Both the position numbers and the translations under genes were made by a program. A stretch of DNA of 64,000 nt, from the NCBI GenBank assembly GCA_963720285.1, contig CAVREZ010000004.1, positions 32,628-96,627 on the forward strand. The letters run 5' to 3'. The stretch is from an uncultured Acidobacteriota bacterium. GTDB taxonomy: Bacteria > Acidobacteriota > Terriglobia > Terriglobales > Acidobacteriaceae. This document shows positions 1 through 9,814 of the stretch, in pieces. Position 1 is the first letter of the stretch. Every line of letters starts with the position of its first letter. Below the pieces are notes generated by a model. That model worked only from the letters and a program-made list of their open reading frames with translations. It searched no databases and was not told the DNA's origin.

Positions 1-7
1 GCTTCAC
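1..7 (-). CDS. Probable 5' end of a divergently transcribed gene running out of the window
   Basis: Minus strand reads GGAGG-agagtc-GTG AAG C: a Shine-Dalgarno sequence plus GTG start at position 7. Confidence 0.4.
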
Positions 8-152
8 GACTCTCCTCCAAAGAAAAGGGAAAGAAATAAAATCAGGGGGACATCAGGGGAACATTAGAGAGCCCAAGGCTAGGCTTACCCATAAGCGGAT
101 AGATGCGGGGGGCTTCTACATAGATGTTTAACGCAATAGTACCCCGCGCAGT

Positions 153-174
153 AACCTAGTGATGTTCCTAGGTT
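153..174. promoter_or_regulatory. Inverted repeat, candidate transcription-factor site
   Basis: AACCTAG-N8-CTAGGTT perfect inverted repeat in the divergent intergenic region. Confidence 0.35.
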
Positions 175-432
175 GTGGCGTCGATTCTACGCCAACAGCA
201 GGGCTTAGACCAATACCTGCCTGGAAATATTGATCCGATGCGAGTATCGCTCCTACCTACTTTCTTCTCTATCCTGCAAACTTTAAGCCCACATGCGCTG
301 GCGGGTGAATTGTCGTGCTGAACTACTCGGAACAGAGAGACGTTCGCTCTAGACGCTCCGAATTTCTCACGCATTTTTCAAACATTCGGCGTCTTGTTCG
401 CTGCCAGAGCGCGCGCTATTCTCGACACAATT

Positions 433-774
433 ATGGCAGTGCTCGACATCACTATGCAGCGAAGAACAGCAGTCCGCTACAAATTGCGCCTCCCTGTGAT
501 CTTCAACTGGAACGACGGGACTGACCATACCGGAGGAGGTTTTACAAGCGATGTGTCCCTTGATGGCGCACTCATTATCAGCAGCAGTTGCCCTAAGACT
601 GGATCAACGATACGTCTGGAAATATTGCTGCCATCGCCCGACTATAGTGGCGAAGAAGTCAAGATCGAATGTGTAGGTGAAGTGACGCGAGTTGAAGAAC
701 GGTCTGCATCTGTTGCCTTCGGAGTTCATTGCATTTTCGACGACGAACACTTGACTCGCGAGTTCTTAAACTAA
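433..774 (+). CDS. PilZ-domain (c-di-GMP-binding) protein
   Basis: RRTAVR (RxxxR) and DVSLDG (DxSxxG) motifs; start uncertain (394/433/454). Confidence 0.8.
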   Translation: MAVLDITMQRRTAVRYKLRLPVIFNWNDGTDHTGGGFTSDVSLDGALIISSSCPKTGSTIRLEILLPSPDYSGEEVKIECVGEVTRVEERSASVAFGVHCIFDDEHLTREFLN

Positions 775-974
775 CGAAGAAGAACGGTCAGTCACCCCCG
801 GGCGGGCCGTCCTGATTCTTGCTTTGAAGGCACTAGAAGATTGGGACAACCCACTGCCACTTAAGGCAAACCGAATTCAATCGGGTGTTCCTGATGAGAT
901 TTAAAGCGGTCCTGTGACCCAGAGGGCGAAGCTAGGTCTGAACATCAGTGATCTGCAGTATTGGAGACAGAACG

Positions 975-1514
975 ATGAGCCGCACGTCTGAAAGGGATAT
1001 TTCTTATCCACAATGGTTTGCAATATGGACAAGATCCAGGCAGGAAAAGATTGCAGCTTCGATGCTTGAAGCACTTGGAGTTCCAACATTTCTTCCGTTG
1101 AGGTCAGAACTTCATCAGTGGAGCGATAGGAGACGCACAGTCACGATTCCGTTATTCAGTGGCTATTTGTTCATTCAGATGAATATGGCACAGACTAGTC
1201 GGCTTCCCATTCTGAAGGTCCCAGGAGTAGTCGGATTCGTCGGAAATCATACGGGACCTCTACCCATTCCTGAGCAACAAATCGAAGACGTTCGGACGTT
1301 ATTGGGCGCCGGTATCGACTACGTTGTCGGTCCCTTACTTAGGGCGGGCGACAGAGTCAGAGTAATTCGTGGTTCTCTTTCCGGTATCGAAGGAACTGTA
1401 ATTCGGACTGACTCAGAAACGCGGCTAATCTTATCCGTTGACTTGGTAAAGCAGTCCATAAGTATTCGCATCTCGAGCAACGATGTTCAATTGATTGATG
1501 AACAGGCGGCTTGA
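975..1514 (+). CDS. UpxY/NusG-family transcription antiterminator
   Basis: WFAIWTRSRQEK...PLFSGYLF NGN domain plus KOW motif (GDRVRVIRGSLSGIEG); GGAG RBS before ATG 975. Confidence 0.9.
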   Translation: MSRTSERDISYPQWFAIWTRSRQEKIAASMLEALGVPTFLPLRSELHQWSDRRRTVTIPLFSGYLFIQMNMAQTSRLPILKVPGVVGFVGNHTGPLPIPEQQIEDVRTLLGAGIDYVVGPLLRAGDRVRVIRGSLSGIEGTVIRTDSETRLILSVDLVKQSISIRISSNDVQLIDEQAA

Positions 1515-1581
1515 TCATGCACATCTCCGGTGATTTTCTTGGCTGCGTGTACAGAGAATGCGATCAAGTGAGGAGTACTCG

Positions 1582-2289
1582 ATGAAGAATATTCACCCTC
1601 TCGCTCAGGCACTGACGGTCTTAGCTCTTGCCGCGGTGAGCAGCTTGGCCACAGCACAACAGCAGGTTGCAGACGCAACGCCGCCTGGACATCCGGTCAA
1701 TGGCCCTGCGCTCGAACAGCGTCACCCAAGATATGCTCTGCAGCGGGAAGACGTGGTAATGCTGACCTTTCCTCTGTCGCCAGAGTTCAATCAAACGGTG
1801 ACAGTTCAGCCGGATGGCTATATCAGCCTGCAAAATGCGGGGAGCATCTATGTGAAGGGGCTCACTGAGCCGGAGCTTTCGCTAGCCGTGAAGAAGGCTT
1901 ACAGCGGGACTCTCCATGACCCGATAGTCAATGTGGACATCACCGACTTCCAGAAGCCATTCTTCATCGTTTCCGGGCAAGTAGGAAAGCCGGGGCAGTA
2001 TGAGCTTCGTTCCGATATCACTGTATCCCAGGCTCTGGCGATCGGTGGCGGAATGACGATGCAAACGGCGAAGACACAGGTCTTCCTCTTTCATCGGACT
2101 AACGAAAATTGGTACGAAGTGAAGAAGATAGATCTGAAAGACATTCTTCACGGAAAGAATGTGAATGAGGATGCGATGATTCAGCCGGGAGACATGATCT
2201 ATGTTCCGGAAAATCGCATCTCTGTTTTCCGCAAGTATGTGCCTTATTCCCTAAACGCAGGCAGTTATCTTTCGCCCACACCGTTTTAA
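1582..2289 (+). CDS. Polysaccharide export protein (OPX/Wza family, short form)
   Basis: Signal peptide, Poly_export motif (VQPDGYISL...G), SLBB domain (VSGQVGKPGQYEL; IQPGDMIYVP). Confidence 0.88.
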   Translation: MKNIHPLAQALTVLALAAVSSLATAQQQVADATPPGHPVNGPALEQRHPRYALQREDVVMLTFPLSPEFNQTVTVQPDGYISLQNAGSIYVKGLTEPELSLAVKKAYSGTLHDPIVNVDITDFQKPFFIVSGQVGKPGQYELRSDITVSQALAIGGGMTMQTAKTQVFLFHRTNENWYEVKKIDLKDILHGKNVNEDAMIQPGDMIYVPENRISVFRKYVPYSLNAGSYLSPTPF

Positions 2290-2345
2290 ACTTTCTCTTT
2301 GTTTCGACGCACCCAACAACTCTTTGACTGAAGGAACCCGACGTT

Positions 2346-3848
2346 ATGAGGCAAACCATTACGCAACGCAATCACGGAAATATCCCCTCGGACATCTCCA
2401 TCCGCGACCTGGTCGCCCCTCTCTTCCGTCGCAAACGCATCCTGCTGGTGACTTTTTTCTCGGTGCTCGTACTGACGACCCTCGTTGGGGTACTGAAAGG
2501 ATCTTCCTACCGCTCTCACATGGCGATCCTCGTAAATCGCGAGCGGCTTGATCCGCTCGTGTCGACTGAGTCGACGACTCAACTGGTCACGACCAGCACT
2601 CCTGTGACTGCTGAAGAAGTCAACTCTGAAATAGAGTTGCTGACCAGTCGTGATGTTCTAGAGCAGGTCGCCCGTGATAACGGGATGGACAAAATACCCC
2701 AAGGATTTTCCTTTTCCAAGTTGTTACACCCCAACCGGACTGAACAAGATCGCCTGGCACTTGCAGTCAAGTCATTGGCCGCAAACATAAAGACCAAGGT
2801 CACGACTAAGACGAACATCATTGAAGTCACGTATTCGTCCTCAGATCCTCAACTTGCATACGGGGTATTAAATTCGCTCGGCCGCCTTTACACCGCGAAA
2901 CATGTTGCGGTTCATAGGCCTGCCGGTTCCTTCGACTTCTTTGCGGGGCAGACGGAAAAATACCAGCAACAGCTCGAAGACGCAGAAGGTAAATTACGCA
3001 CCTTTGCTAAGCAGAATGGAACCGCAGCGCCAGATGTGCAGAGAACGAACATGGCGCTCCAGCTGGCTAACTCGATTGGCGCTCAGCATGTAGCTGAAGA
3101 GGCGATAGCTGCCGACGAAAAGCGAATTCAGAATGATCGCGAGCAGATGAGCGCAACTCCACAGCGATCTGCTACCACGCAGATGAGCGCAAGCGCAGAC
3201 AAGCTTCTCGACAACCTACAAGCGAGCCTTCTCGCCGCGCAGACCAAACGCACTCAATTGGCGTTGAAATACGACGAAAAATATCCCTTGGTTCAAGAAG
3301 CGGATCAGGAAATCGCGGAGACCAAAGCGGCGATTGCTCAGGCCGAGAGCACCCACTACGTTACGCAATCGACCGACCGCGACCCGACTTTTGAATTGCT
3401 GCGGGAAGATCTGGCGAGATCCCAAAGTGATCTGGCCGCACAGCGCGCCACACTGGCGGCCAACAAAACTGGTATCCAGAGCCTGCAATCGCAGATGGTG
3501 AACCTCGATCAGCTATCGATTGAACAACAGGATCTGCTACGTGAGGCCAAGTCCGACGAAACCAACTATCTGCTTTATGAAGGAAAGCGAGAACAGGAGA
3601 GAGCCACGGACGCACTGGATAACACGAGAATTGCAAACGTGGCGATTGCTGTACCACCAGCTATTCCAGTGCTTCCTCAATACGGACTGTCCATGATCCT
3701 GCTGATAGCTCTCGGTTTGAGCCTGGCAGTCAGCCTGGCAACGGTCTACACGATCGACTACACGGATTCCTCTTTCCATACTCCGGCACAGGTAGTGGAG
3801 GCGCTTGGAATTCCTATTGTGATCAGTGTCCCCAGGAAAACGGCTTAG
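2346..3848 (+). CDS. Polysaccharide co-polymerase / chain-length determinant (GumC/Wzc N-terminal type)
   Basis: Two TM segments flanking a long coiled coil; SEIELLTSRDVL; YDEKYP motif; Pro-rich pre-TM2 segment. Confidence 0.88.
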   Translation: MRQTITQRNHGNIPSDISIRDLVAPLFRRKRILLVTFFSVLVLTTLVGVLKGSSYRSHMAILVNRERLDPLVSTESTTQLVTTSTPVTAEEVNSEIELLTSRDVLEQVARDNGMDKIPQGFSFSKLLHPNRTEQDRLALAVKSLAANIKTKVTTKTNIIEVTYSSSDPQLAYGVLNSLGRLYTAKHVAVHRPAGSFDFFAGQTEKYQQQLEDAEGKLRTFAKQNGTAAPDVQRTNMALQLANSIGAQHVAEEAIAADEKRIQNDREQMSATPQRSATTQMSASADKLLDNLQASLLAAQTKRTQLALKYDEKYPLVQEADQEIAETKAAIAQAESTHYVTQSTDRDPTFELLREDLARSQSDLAAQRATLAANKTGIQSLQSQMVNLDQLSIEQQDLLREAKSDETNYLLYEGKREQERATDALDNTRIANVAIAVPPAIPVLPQYGLSMILLIALGLSLAVSLATVYTIDYTDSSFHTPAQVVEALGIPIVISVPRKTA

Positions 3849-3854
3849 GACGCC

Positions 3855-5399
3855 TTGTCTATGATCGCGGAGTACTTCAACCTACGAGAGCAGCCATTCG
3901 GAGTTACCCCTGATCCGAAATATATGTACCCGAGTGCCTCGCACCGGGAAGCACTCGCTGCACTTCTCTATGGGCTTCAATCCGGCCTCGGCTTTGTTTC
4001 GCTGATCGCAAAACCCGGCATGGGAAAAACGACGCTGCTGTTTGAGGTATTGAGCAAGCTCCGGGATACCAGAACAACAGTATTCCTCTTTCAGGCACTT
4101 ACGACGCCAACGGATCTGCTCCGAGCAATCTTGATCGATCTCGGAGTAAGAGAAGTACGAGAGGACTTGGTTGATTTACAGACCCAATTAAACAGGGTGC
4201 TCCTAAATCAACACGCTGCGCACAAGTCAGTGGTGGTCGTAATTGACGAAGCTCAGAACCTCAATGATTCTGTGCTCGAAACAGTTCGTATGCTATCGAA
4301 TTTTGAGACTTCAAGCCAAAAGTTGATGCAAATCATTCTTGCAGGTCAACCTCAACTGGCTGAAAAGCTGATGGCTCCTGATTTGCTGCAGCTCCGTCAA
4401 CGAATATCGATATTCGCTCATCTGACCCCTCTTTCTACAAATGAAACAGCGACCTACATCTACCATCGGCTTAAGTTTGCGGGACTGGAGATGGGGGATC
4501 CAATATTCACCCCTTCGGCATTGGTATTGGTTGCTCGACACAGCGAGGGCATACCGCGAAACATCAACAATATTTGCTTCAATGCAATGTCGCTGGCTTT
4601 TGCGCTGAAGCGTCACAGCATTGATTCAGAAATCGTTAAAGAAGTCATTTCAGATCTCAGTGTGAAGGAACATCTGCTATCTTCTGAAAGCTACCCACTC
4701 GAACCTGTGGAGGATGTACCCCTAGAACTTTTGGTGGATGAAACATTCTTCAACTTCGATACTCCGCTAAGCAATTCAGATGGCGATAAGTTAATGACGC
4801 CGCCAGAACATTCGATTCCGACGTTAGGGGCCGCTGAATTGCAAGCGTGTGAAGATCACGAATCCTTTCCTTGCAGTCAATCTGTCCAAAACTTAAGCGA
4901 CCTAGAAGCAACTGATCCGGGCGCGGATATAACATCAACCAACGTTGAACTTGTCGACAGACCTGTTTTCACAGATTTTGGGAGCCACTCAGGATCGAGC
5001 TCCGATTCAGGGCCATGGACTCATACGGCCATCGTTGCTGTCGCATTTGTGACGATACTGTGTGTGTGGCTGGGAATAGCTGACTATCGAATTGCTTTTC
5101 CAGCGCGTGTCATCCAGGCCAGTTCCCACGTCGCATCTGCGCTCGGTTCAGACGACAATCAGCATGCGGATCAACCGAGGTCTATACCCGGACCTACAAG
5201 TAAACATAGGGGATCAATACGCGTAAAGAAAGTTGAATCGCTCGCAACGCTTTGCGACAGTGTCTATGGCAAATGTACTCCTGAACTCCTCGAACAGCTC
5301 CTCCTATCAAACCCTTCCATTCTCTACCCGAACCGCCTCAGCCCAGGACAGATCATTGCACTTCCCCCCGACATTCACGATGCCAAAACAGAAAAGTGA
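3855..5399 (+). CDS. ExeA-like AAA ATPase with TM segment and C-terminal LysM-like domain
   Basis: YFNLREQPFGVTPDP, Walker A KPGMGKTT, Walker B IDEAQNL, GIPRNIN; C-terminal NPSILYPNRLSPGQIIALP. Confidence 0.85.
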   Translation: MSMIAEYFNLREQPFGVTPDPKYMYPSASHREALAALLYGLQSGLGFVSLIAKPGMGKTTLLFEVLSKLRDTRTTVFLFQALTTPTDLLRAILIDLGVREVREDLVDLQTQLNRVLLNQHAAHKSVVVVIDEAQNLNDSVLETVRMLSNFETSSQKLMQIILAGQPQLAEKLMAPDLLQLRQRISIFAHLTPLSTNETATYIYHRLKFAGLEMGDPIFTPSALVLVARHSEGIPRNINNICFNAMSLAFALKRHSIDSEIVKEVISDLSVKEHLLSSESYPLEPVEDVPLELLVDETFFNFDTPLSNSDGDKLMTPPEHSIPTLGAAELQACEDHESFPCSQSVQNLSDLEATDPGADITSTNVELVDRPVFTDFGSHSGSSSDSGPWTHTAIVAVAFVTILCVWLGIADYRIAFPARVIQASSHVASALGSDDNQHADQPRSIPGPTSKHRGSIRVKKVESLATLCDSVYGKCTPELLEQLLLSNPSILYPNRLSPGQIIALPPDIHDAKTEK

Positions 5400-5446
5400 G
5401 CGCATGTGCACGCTGCAGGATATTTGCGCAAGGAGATAGGCCATCT

Positions 5447-6193
5447 ATGAGTAAGCATTTCGAACTTCTGCAGGAACTGGAGAAAGAACAGTCGCGACGC
5501 TCTGAACCCCTACCGGCGCCTGTCTTTCCACCCGAGGAGTTGATTGTCAGGAGAAGTGATCAAAGTCGGTGGGCAACTGATGAGGCCTTACGGCTCGTAC
5601 AGCAAATCTTTCTGCAGCAAACGCAAGATCCGCCGCGTGTGGTCGTATTCGCCGGCGTTGACCACCGAAGCGGATGCAGCCAGATTTCCGCGTCCGTAGC
5701 CGAGATTCTCGCCAAGCACTCGAATGAACCCGTGTGCCTCGTCGAAGCTAACTTTCGCTCTCCCACCCTTCCTGAGATGTTCGGCACAACAAACCACTAC
5801 GGTCTGACGGACGCCCTTCTGCGACACGAGCCTATCACTTCGTTTGTCAAACCTCTAGCTCAAGACAAACTTTGGCTGCTTTCCTCTGGGAAACTAGCGG
5901 AAGACTCTCCGGAGTTGCTCTCCTCTCCTGTCCTTCACGGGAGGATTACTCAACTCCGCCAACAATTTGACTTTGTAATCATCGATGCACCGCCGCTGAC
6001 GCACTATTCAGATGCGATCGCGATCGCACAGCACACGGATGGTCTCGTACTTGTTCTGGAAGCGAATTCAACTCGAAAAGAAGCCGCGACTGCGATAGCA
6101 CAGACCCTACGCGCTGCGGATGTACCAATTCTCGCAGCTGTGTTGAACAAGCGAACCTTTCCAATTCCCGAACAAATCTACAAACGTATCTGA
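5447..6193 (+). CDS. CpsD/CapB-family BY-kinase homolog, probably a pseudokinase
   Basis: BY-kinase fold motifs (GLTDAL, IIDAPP, AVLNK), but Walker A reads SGCS, Walker A' reads EANFR, and there is no Tyr cluster. Confidence 0.8.
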   Translation: MSKHFELLQELEKEQSRRSEPLPAPVFPPEELIVRRSDQSRWATDEALRLVQQIFLQQTQDPPRVVVFAGVDHRSGCSQISASVAEILAKHSNEPVCLVEANFRSPTLPEMFGTTNHYGLTDALLRHEPITSFVKPLAQDKLWLLSSGKLAEDSPELLSSPVLHGRITQLRQQFDFVIIDAPPLTHYSDAIAIAQHTDGLVLVLEANSTRKEAATAIAQTLRAADVPILAAVLNKRTFPIPEQIYKRI

Positions 6194-6515
6194 CGCCCCA
6201 CCAAGCCGTGAGCGCCCCCCTGATGATGCGCGGGGTGCGAATCCGACTCTCATGCCTTCTGGGCGAGGTTGCATTTTTTTGAGAGGGGATCCTGGCATCA
6301 CGGACGGCCGATTGGTTTGATCGCATTCTCTCTGCTGGAATGCCTAGATGGTGCGTCTTGTTTCTGTACAATCAGCTTCCTTTTGATCTCGGAGACCGAT
6401 GATTCTGTCTTGCCTGTAGCTGCTATAGGTGAGCAGAAGCTTGTTTAGGAACGTAAGGCAAGGGACGGCCGGTTAAGTAGCACAACTCACACACTTACCC
6501 TCAGGAGGACAGGAC

Positions 6516-7517
6516 TTGAGACTCGTAGAAGAGGATGTAGTCGTTTGCGGTGCAGGTGGTTTCATTGGAGGGCATCTGGTCAAGAGCCTTCTCGCCAATG
6601 GCGTTAACGTAGTTCGAGCGGTAGACATCAAACCCATCGAAGAGTGGTATCAAGTCTCGTCTCAGGTCGAAAATGTAGAGGCCGATCTCAATGAGTTCAA
6701 TAACTGCCGGGATGCCGTCTCTGGTGCAACAGTGGTGTTCAACCTCGCGGCCAATATGGGAGGCATGGGATTCATTGAAAACAATAAAGCGCTGTGCATG
6801 TTGAGTGTTCTCATTAACACGCACTTGCTTCTGGCGGCGAAACAAGCACGTATTTCGAGGTTCTTCTTTTCGTCGTCAGCCTGCGTGTATAACGCCGACA
6901 AACAGCGCGACCCTCATGCGGTTGCACTTCGAGAATCCGATGCTTATCCAGCTTTGGCAGAAGACGGATATGGATGGGAGAAACTCTTCAGCGAGCGCAT
7001 GTGCCGCCATTTTGAAGAGGATTTCAACCTGAAGTGCCGCGTAGCCCGATTTCACAACGTTTACGGACCGATGGGGACCTGGAGGGGAGGACGTGAAAAA
7101 GCACCTGCCGCGATTTGTCGCAAGGTCCTGGAAGCGAAGCTCTCAGGGAACCAAGAAATCGAAATATGGGGTGATGGCAATCAATCGCGCAGCTTCATGT
7201 ATATCGATGACTGCACCAAAGGGATCGAGATGATTGCGGAGGGAGATATCCCCGAGCCGATCAATCTTGGTAGCAGCGAACTTGTCACGATCAATCAACT
7301 TGTCGACATTGCGGAAGACTTCGCTGGAATAAAGCTCCGGCGCAAATACAAACTGGACGCTCCAAAAGGGGTGAACGGCCGCAACAGTGACAACAGTTTG
7401 ATCCGGCGATATCTCTCATGGGAACCATCTACCTCCCTGCGGGATGGCCTGCGAGAGACATATGACTGGATCAGTTCTCAAATGGAGGTTGCTGTTTATG
7501 CAGAATCCAGAGTTTAA
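6516..7517 (+). CDS. NAD-dependent epimerase, GDP-mannose 3,5-epimerase-like
   Basis: GAGGFIG, LAANMGGMGFI, SSACVY, YGWEK, GGREKAPAAICRK. Confidence 0.85.
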   Translation: MRLVEEDVVVCGAGGFIGGHLVKSLLANGVNVVRAVDIKPIEEWYQVSSQVENVEADLNEFNNCRDAVSGATVVFNLAANMGGMGFIENNKALCMLSVLINTHLLLAAKQARISRFFFSSSACVYNADKQRDPHAVALRESDAYPALAEDGYGWEKLFSERMCRHFEEDFNLKCRVARFHNVYGPMGTWRGGREKAPAAICRKVLEAKLSGNQEIEIWGDGNQSRSFMYIDDCTKGIEMIAEGDIPEPINLGSSELVTINQLVDIAEDFAGIKLRRKYKLDAPKGVNGRNSDNSLIRRYLSWEPSTSLRDGLRETYDWISSQMEVAVYAESRV

Positions 7518-8388
7518 AGAACGGCGCAAGAGTTTGAGAGTTAAGTGCTCGGCTGGAGAACCACGCGCAAATCTACTTGGCGTGGGGGTCAGCGCGATTT
7601 CAATGACAGACGCGATTTACTATACCGATCGCCTTCTCCAGTCAGATCTGCAGGGTTACGTCTGCGTCACGGGGGTTCATGGCGTCATGGAGGCGCAGAC
7701 CGATGAAAGGTTCAAGTCTATTTTGAATGCCTCTTTTCTTACCACACCAGACGGCATGCCCACCGTGTGGGTCGGTCACTGGCAGGGGCATGACAAGATG
7801 GCTCGCGTTTCCGGTCCGGAATACATGCTGGAAATGTGCCAGCTGTCCATCGAAAGAGGTTATTCAAATTATCTTTACGGAGGCAAGCCGGGCGTTGTGG
7901 AAGAACTTAGGGACTCTCTCTTGGCTCGTTTTCCGCGCCTCAAAATTGTCGGTACTTACACACCGCCTTTTGGCCCCCTGGATAAGGACCAGGACTCATA
8001 TCTGGAATGCCAGCTCGCGAAGGTACGGCCAGACATTCTTTGGTGTGGCATAAGTACTCCTAAACAGGAGCGATTTATGTCACAGTATTGCGGCAGGCTT
8101 CCCGTAAAGCTCATGGTAGGCGTCGGCGCAGCCTTCGATGTCCATAGTGGGCGCAGCAAAGATGCACCCGATTGGGTTAAAGATGCCGGCATGCATTGGC
8201 TCCTTCGAATGTTGCGAGATCCGCGCAGGCTTGCCGGACGATATCTGAAAAACAATCCCCGTTTCCTTTACCTCATGGGCCTCCAGCTCATAGGTCTGCG
8301 CCGATATCTCATCATGACGCCTGCGAGAACAACGGCCCGCCCTCAGACCGACAGACCTGTGCGAGCACTTGGTCAGCGAGCTGGATAA
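7498..8388 (+). CDS. WecB/TagA/CpsF (GT26) glycosyltransferase
   Basis: PDGMP, RVSGPE, GISTPKQE, GVGAAFD motifs. Confidence 0.9.
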   Translation: MQNPEFKERRKSLRVKCSAGEPRANLLGVGVSAISMTDAIYYTDRLLQSDLQGYVCVTGVHGVMEAQTDERFKSILNASFLTTPDGMPTVWVGHWQGHDKMARVSGPEYMLEMCQLSIERGYSNYLYGGKPGVVEELRDSLLARFPRLKIVGTYTPPFGPLDKDQDSYLECQLAKVRPDILWCGISTPKQERFMSQYCGRLPVKLMVGVGAAFDVHSGRSKDAPDWVKDAGMHWLLRMLRDPRRLAGRYLKNNPRFLYLMGLQLIGLRRYLIMTPARTTARPQTDRPVRALGQRAG

Positions 8389-8496
8389 GTACTGCGGGTC
8401 AGTCGAACCAAACACTCCAGACAGGCATCCGAACCGGGAGGGACCGACCGAGATGTTATCGTCAATAGGCCCGCAAGCTGCAACCGTGGGGACGCA

Positions 8497-9789
8497 ATGA
8501 AAGGCTTATCAAAGTGGCTTCCGGTCAGTGACCTTAAGAAGAATACCTTATGGGTCATGCTCGGAAACGGACTCAAGCTGATTATCCAGGCTGCGTATTT
8601 TGTCATAATTGCGCGCAGCCTGGGACCGGAACAGTACGGTGCATTTGTAGCTGTGGTTGCGATTGCGGCAATCCTGTCTCCCTTCGTGGGGCTCGGAACA
8701 AGCAATTTGATCATCCGAAATGTGGTTCAAGACCGGGCCGCTTTTTCGGACTCATGGGGAAATGGACTTTTCATAACTGCAGTTTCTGGACTCTGCGGAT
8801 TAGCACTGATCAGCAGTTGCAGATTTCTTCTGCCACGAAGCATCCCCTGGGCAATTCTTTTGCTTGTCGCTTCCTCCGATTTGATATTAGGGCGGTTGAC
8901 TGACCTCAGCGCATTTGCGTTCGGAGCCATGGAGAAGTTTCGAGCGACAGCTCAGATCAATGTCCACTCCAGTCTAGCGAGACTGGTCGGCCTGCTGGTC
9001 CTTGTGAGCAGAATCCACCACCCCAGCGCGGAACAGTGGGCAATTGTCTATCTCGCTACAACTGCGGTGGTGACTGCTGGATCAGTGACTGCAGTATTTG
9101 CTACCTTGGGCAAGCCTTCGCTCGCGCTGCCTCAACTACGCCGAGATTTACTGGAAGGTTTCTATTATTCGGCAGGACAATCAGCTCAGAGCGTATACAA
9201 CGACATTGATAAGACAATGCTGGCTCGGCTGGGTGATCTATCGGCAACAGGCATCTACGGAGCGGCATATCGGCTGATCGATGTTTCCTTGGTTCCGGTC
9301 AAGTCTGTTTTGTCGGCTGCTTACCCAGGATGTTTTCGGGCGGGGCAGGAAGGCATTTCTGGTTCGCTTAAATACATGAGGCGGTTACTACCCAAACCTG
9401 TGGGATTTGCAATCTTCATTGTGTTTTCACTATTTGTCTGTGCTCCCGTTCTCCCCCACATTCTCGGGAAAGAATACGCAAATGCTGTGATGGCGTTGCG
9501 ATGGCTCGCATTACTTCCCCTGATCAAGACATTTCATTTCTTCTTCGCGGATGCACTTACAGGGGCCGGTCATCAGGGGCTCCGCACCATGATCCAGTTC
9601 GTAGTTGCCGGCGTGAATGTACTGGTAAATCTATGGATCATCCCAGCTTACTCTTGGAGAGGCGCAGCCTGGTCGAGTTTGGGTTGCGATGGCTTACTAG
9701 CATGCCTGTATGTTGTAGCTCTTGCAGGTCTATCGAGACAGCAAGAACGAAGATCCCAACTCGTCGCAGCGGAAGTCGGCGATTTCTAA
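8497..9789 (+). CDS. Wzx-type polysaccharide flippase
   Basis: Multi-TM protein; ARSLGPEQYG, IDKTML, GIYGAAYRL, IPAYSWRGAAWS. Confidence 0.88.
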   Translation: MKGLSKWLPVSDLKKNTLWVMLGNGLKLIIQAAYFVIIARSLGPEQYGAFVAVVAIAAILSPFVGLGTSNLIIRNVVQDRAAFSDSWGNGLFITAVSGLCGLALISSCRFLLPRSIPWAILLLVASSDLILGRLTDLSAFAFGAMEKFRATAQINVHSSLARLVGLLVLVSRIHHPSAEQWAIVYLATTAVVTAGSVTAVFATLGKPSLALPQLRRDLLEGFYYSAGQSAQSVYNDIDKTMLARLGDLSATGIYGAAYRLIDVSLVPVKSVLSAAYPGCFRAGQEGISGSLKYMRRLLPKPVGFAIFIVFSLFVCAPVLPHILGKEYANAVMALRWLALLPLIKTFHFFFADALTGAGHQGLRTMIQFVVAGVNVLVNLWIIPAYSWRGAAWSSLGCDGLLACLYVVALAGLSRQQERRSQLVAAEVGDF

Positions 9790-9814
9790 CAACCTGCTGA
9801 GAGGAAATGGACAG

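Noticed and set aside
41-62. CRISPR or iteron array from the ATCAGGGG(G/A)AC repeats
   Set aside because: Only two adjacent copies with no spacers, and no cas or rep gene; no CRISPR array was seen anywhere in the window
860-940. Possible c-di-GMP-I riboswitch (GGCAAACC) upstream of upxY
   Set aside because: No GAAA tetraloop or GACGCAAAG segment, and I could not build the P2/P3 stems
6245-6281. Intrinsic terminator before a T7 run within the EPS operon
   Set aside because: The stem is weak, bulged and separated from the T run; not supportable without folding or Term-seq data
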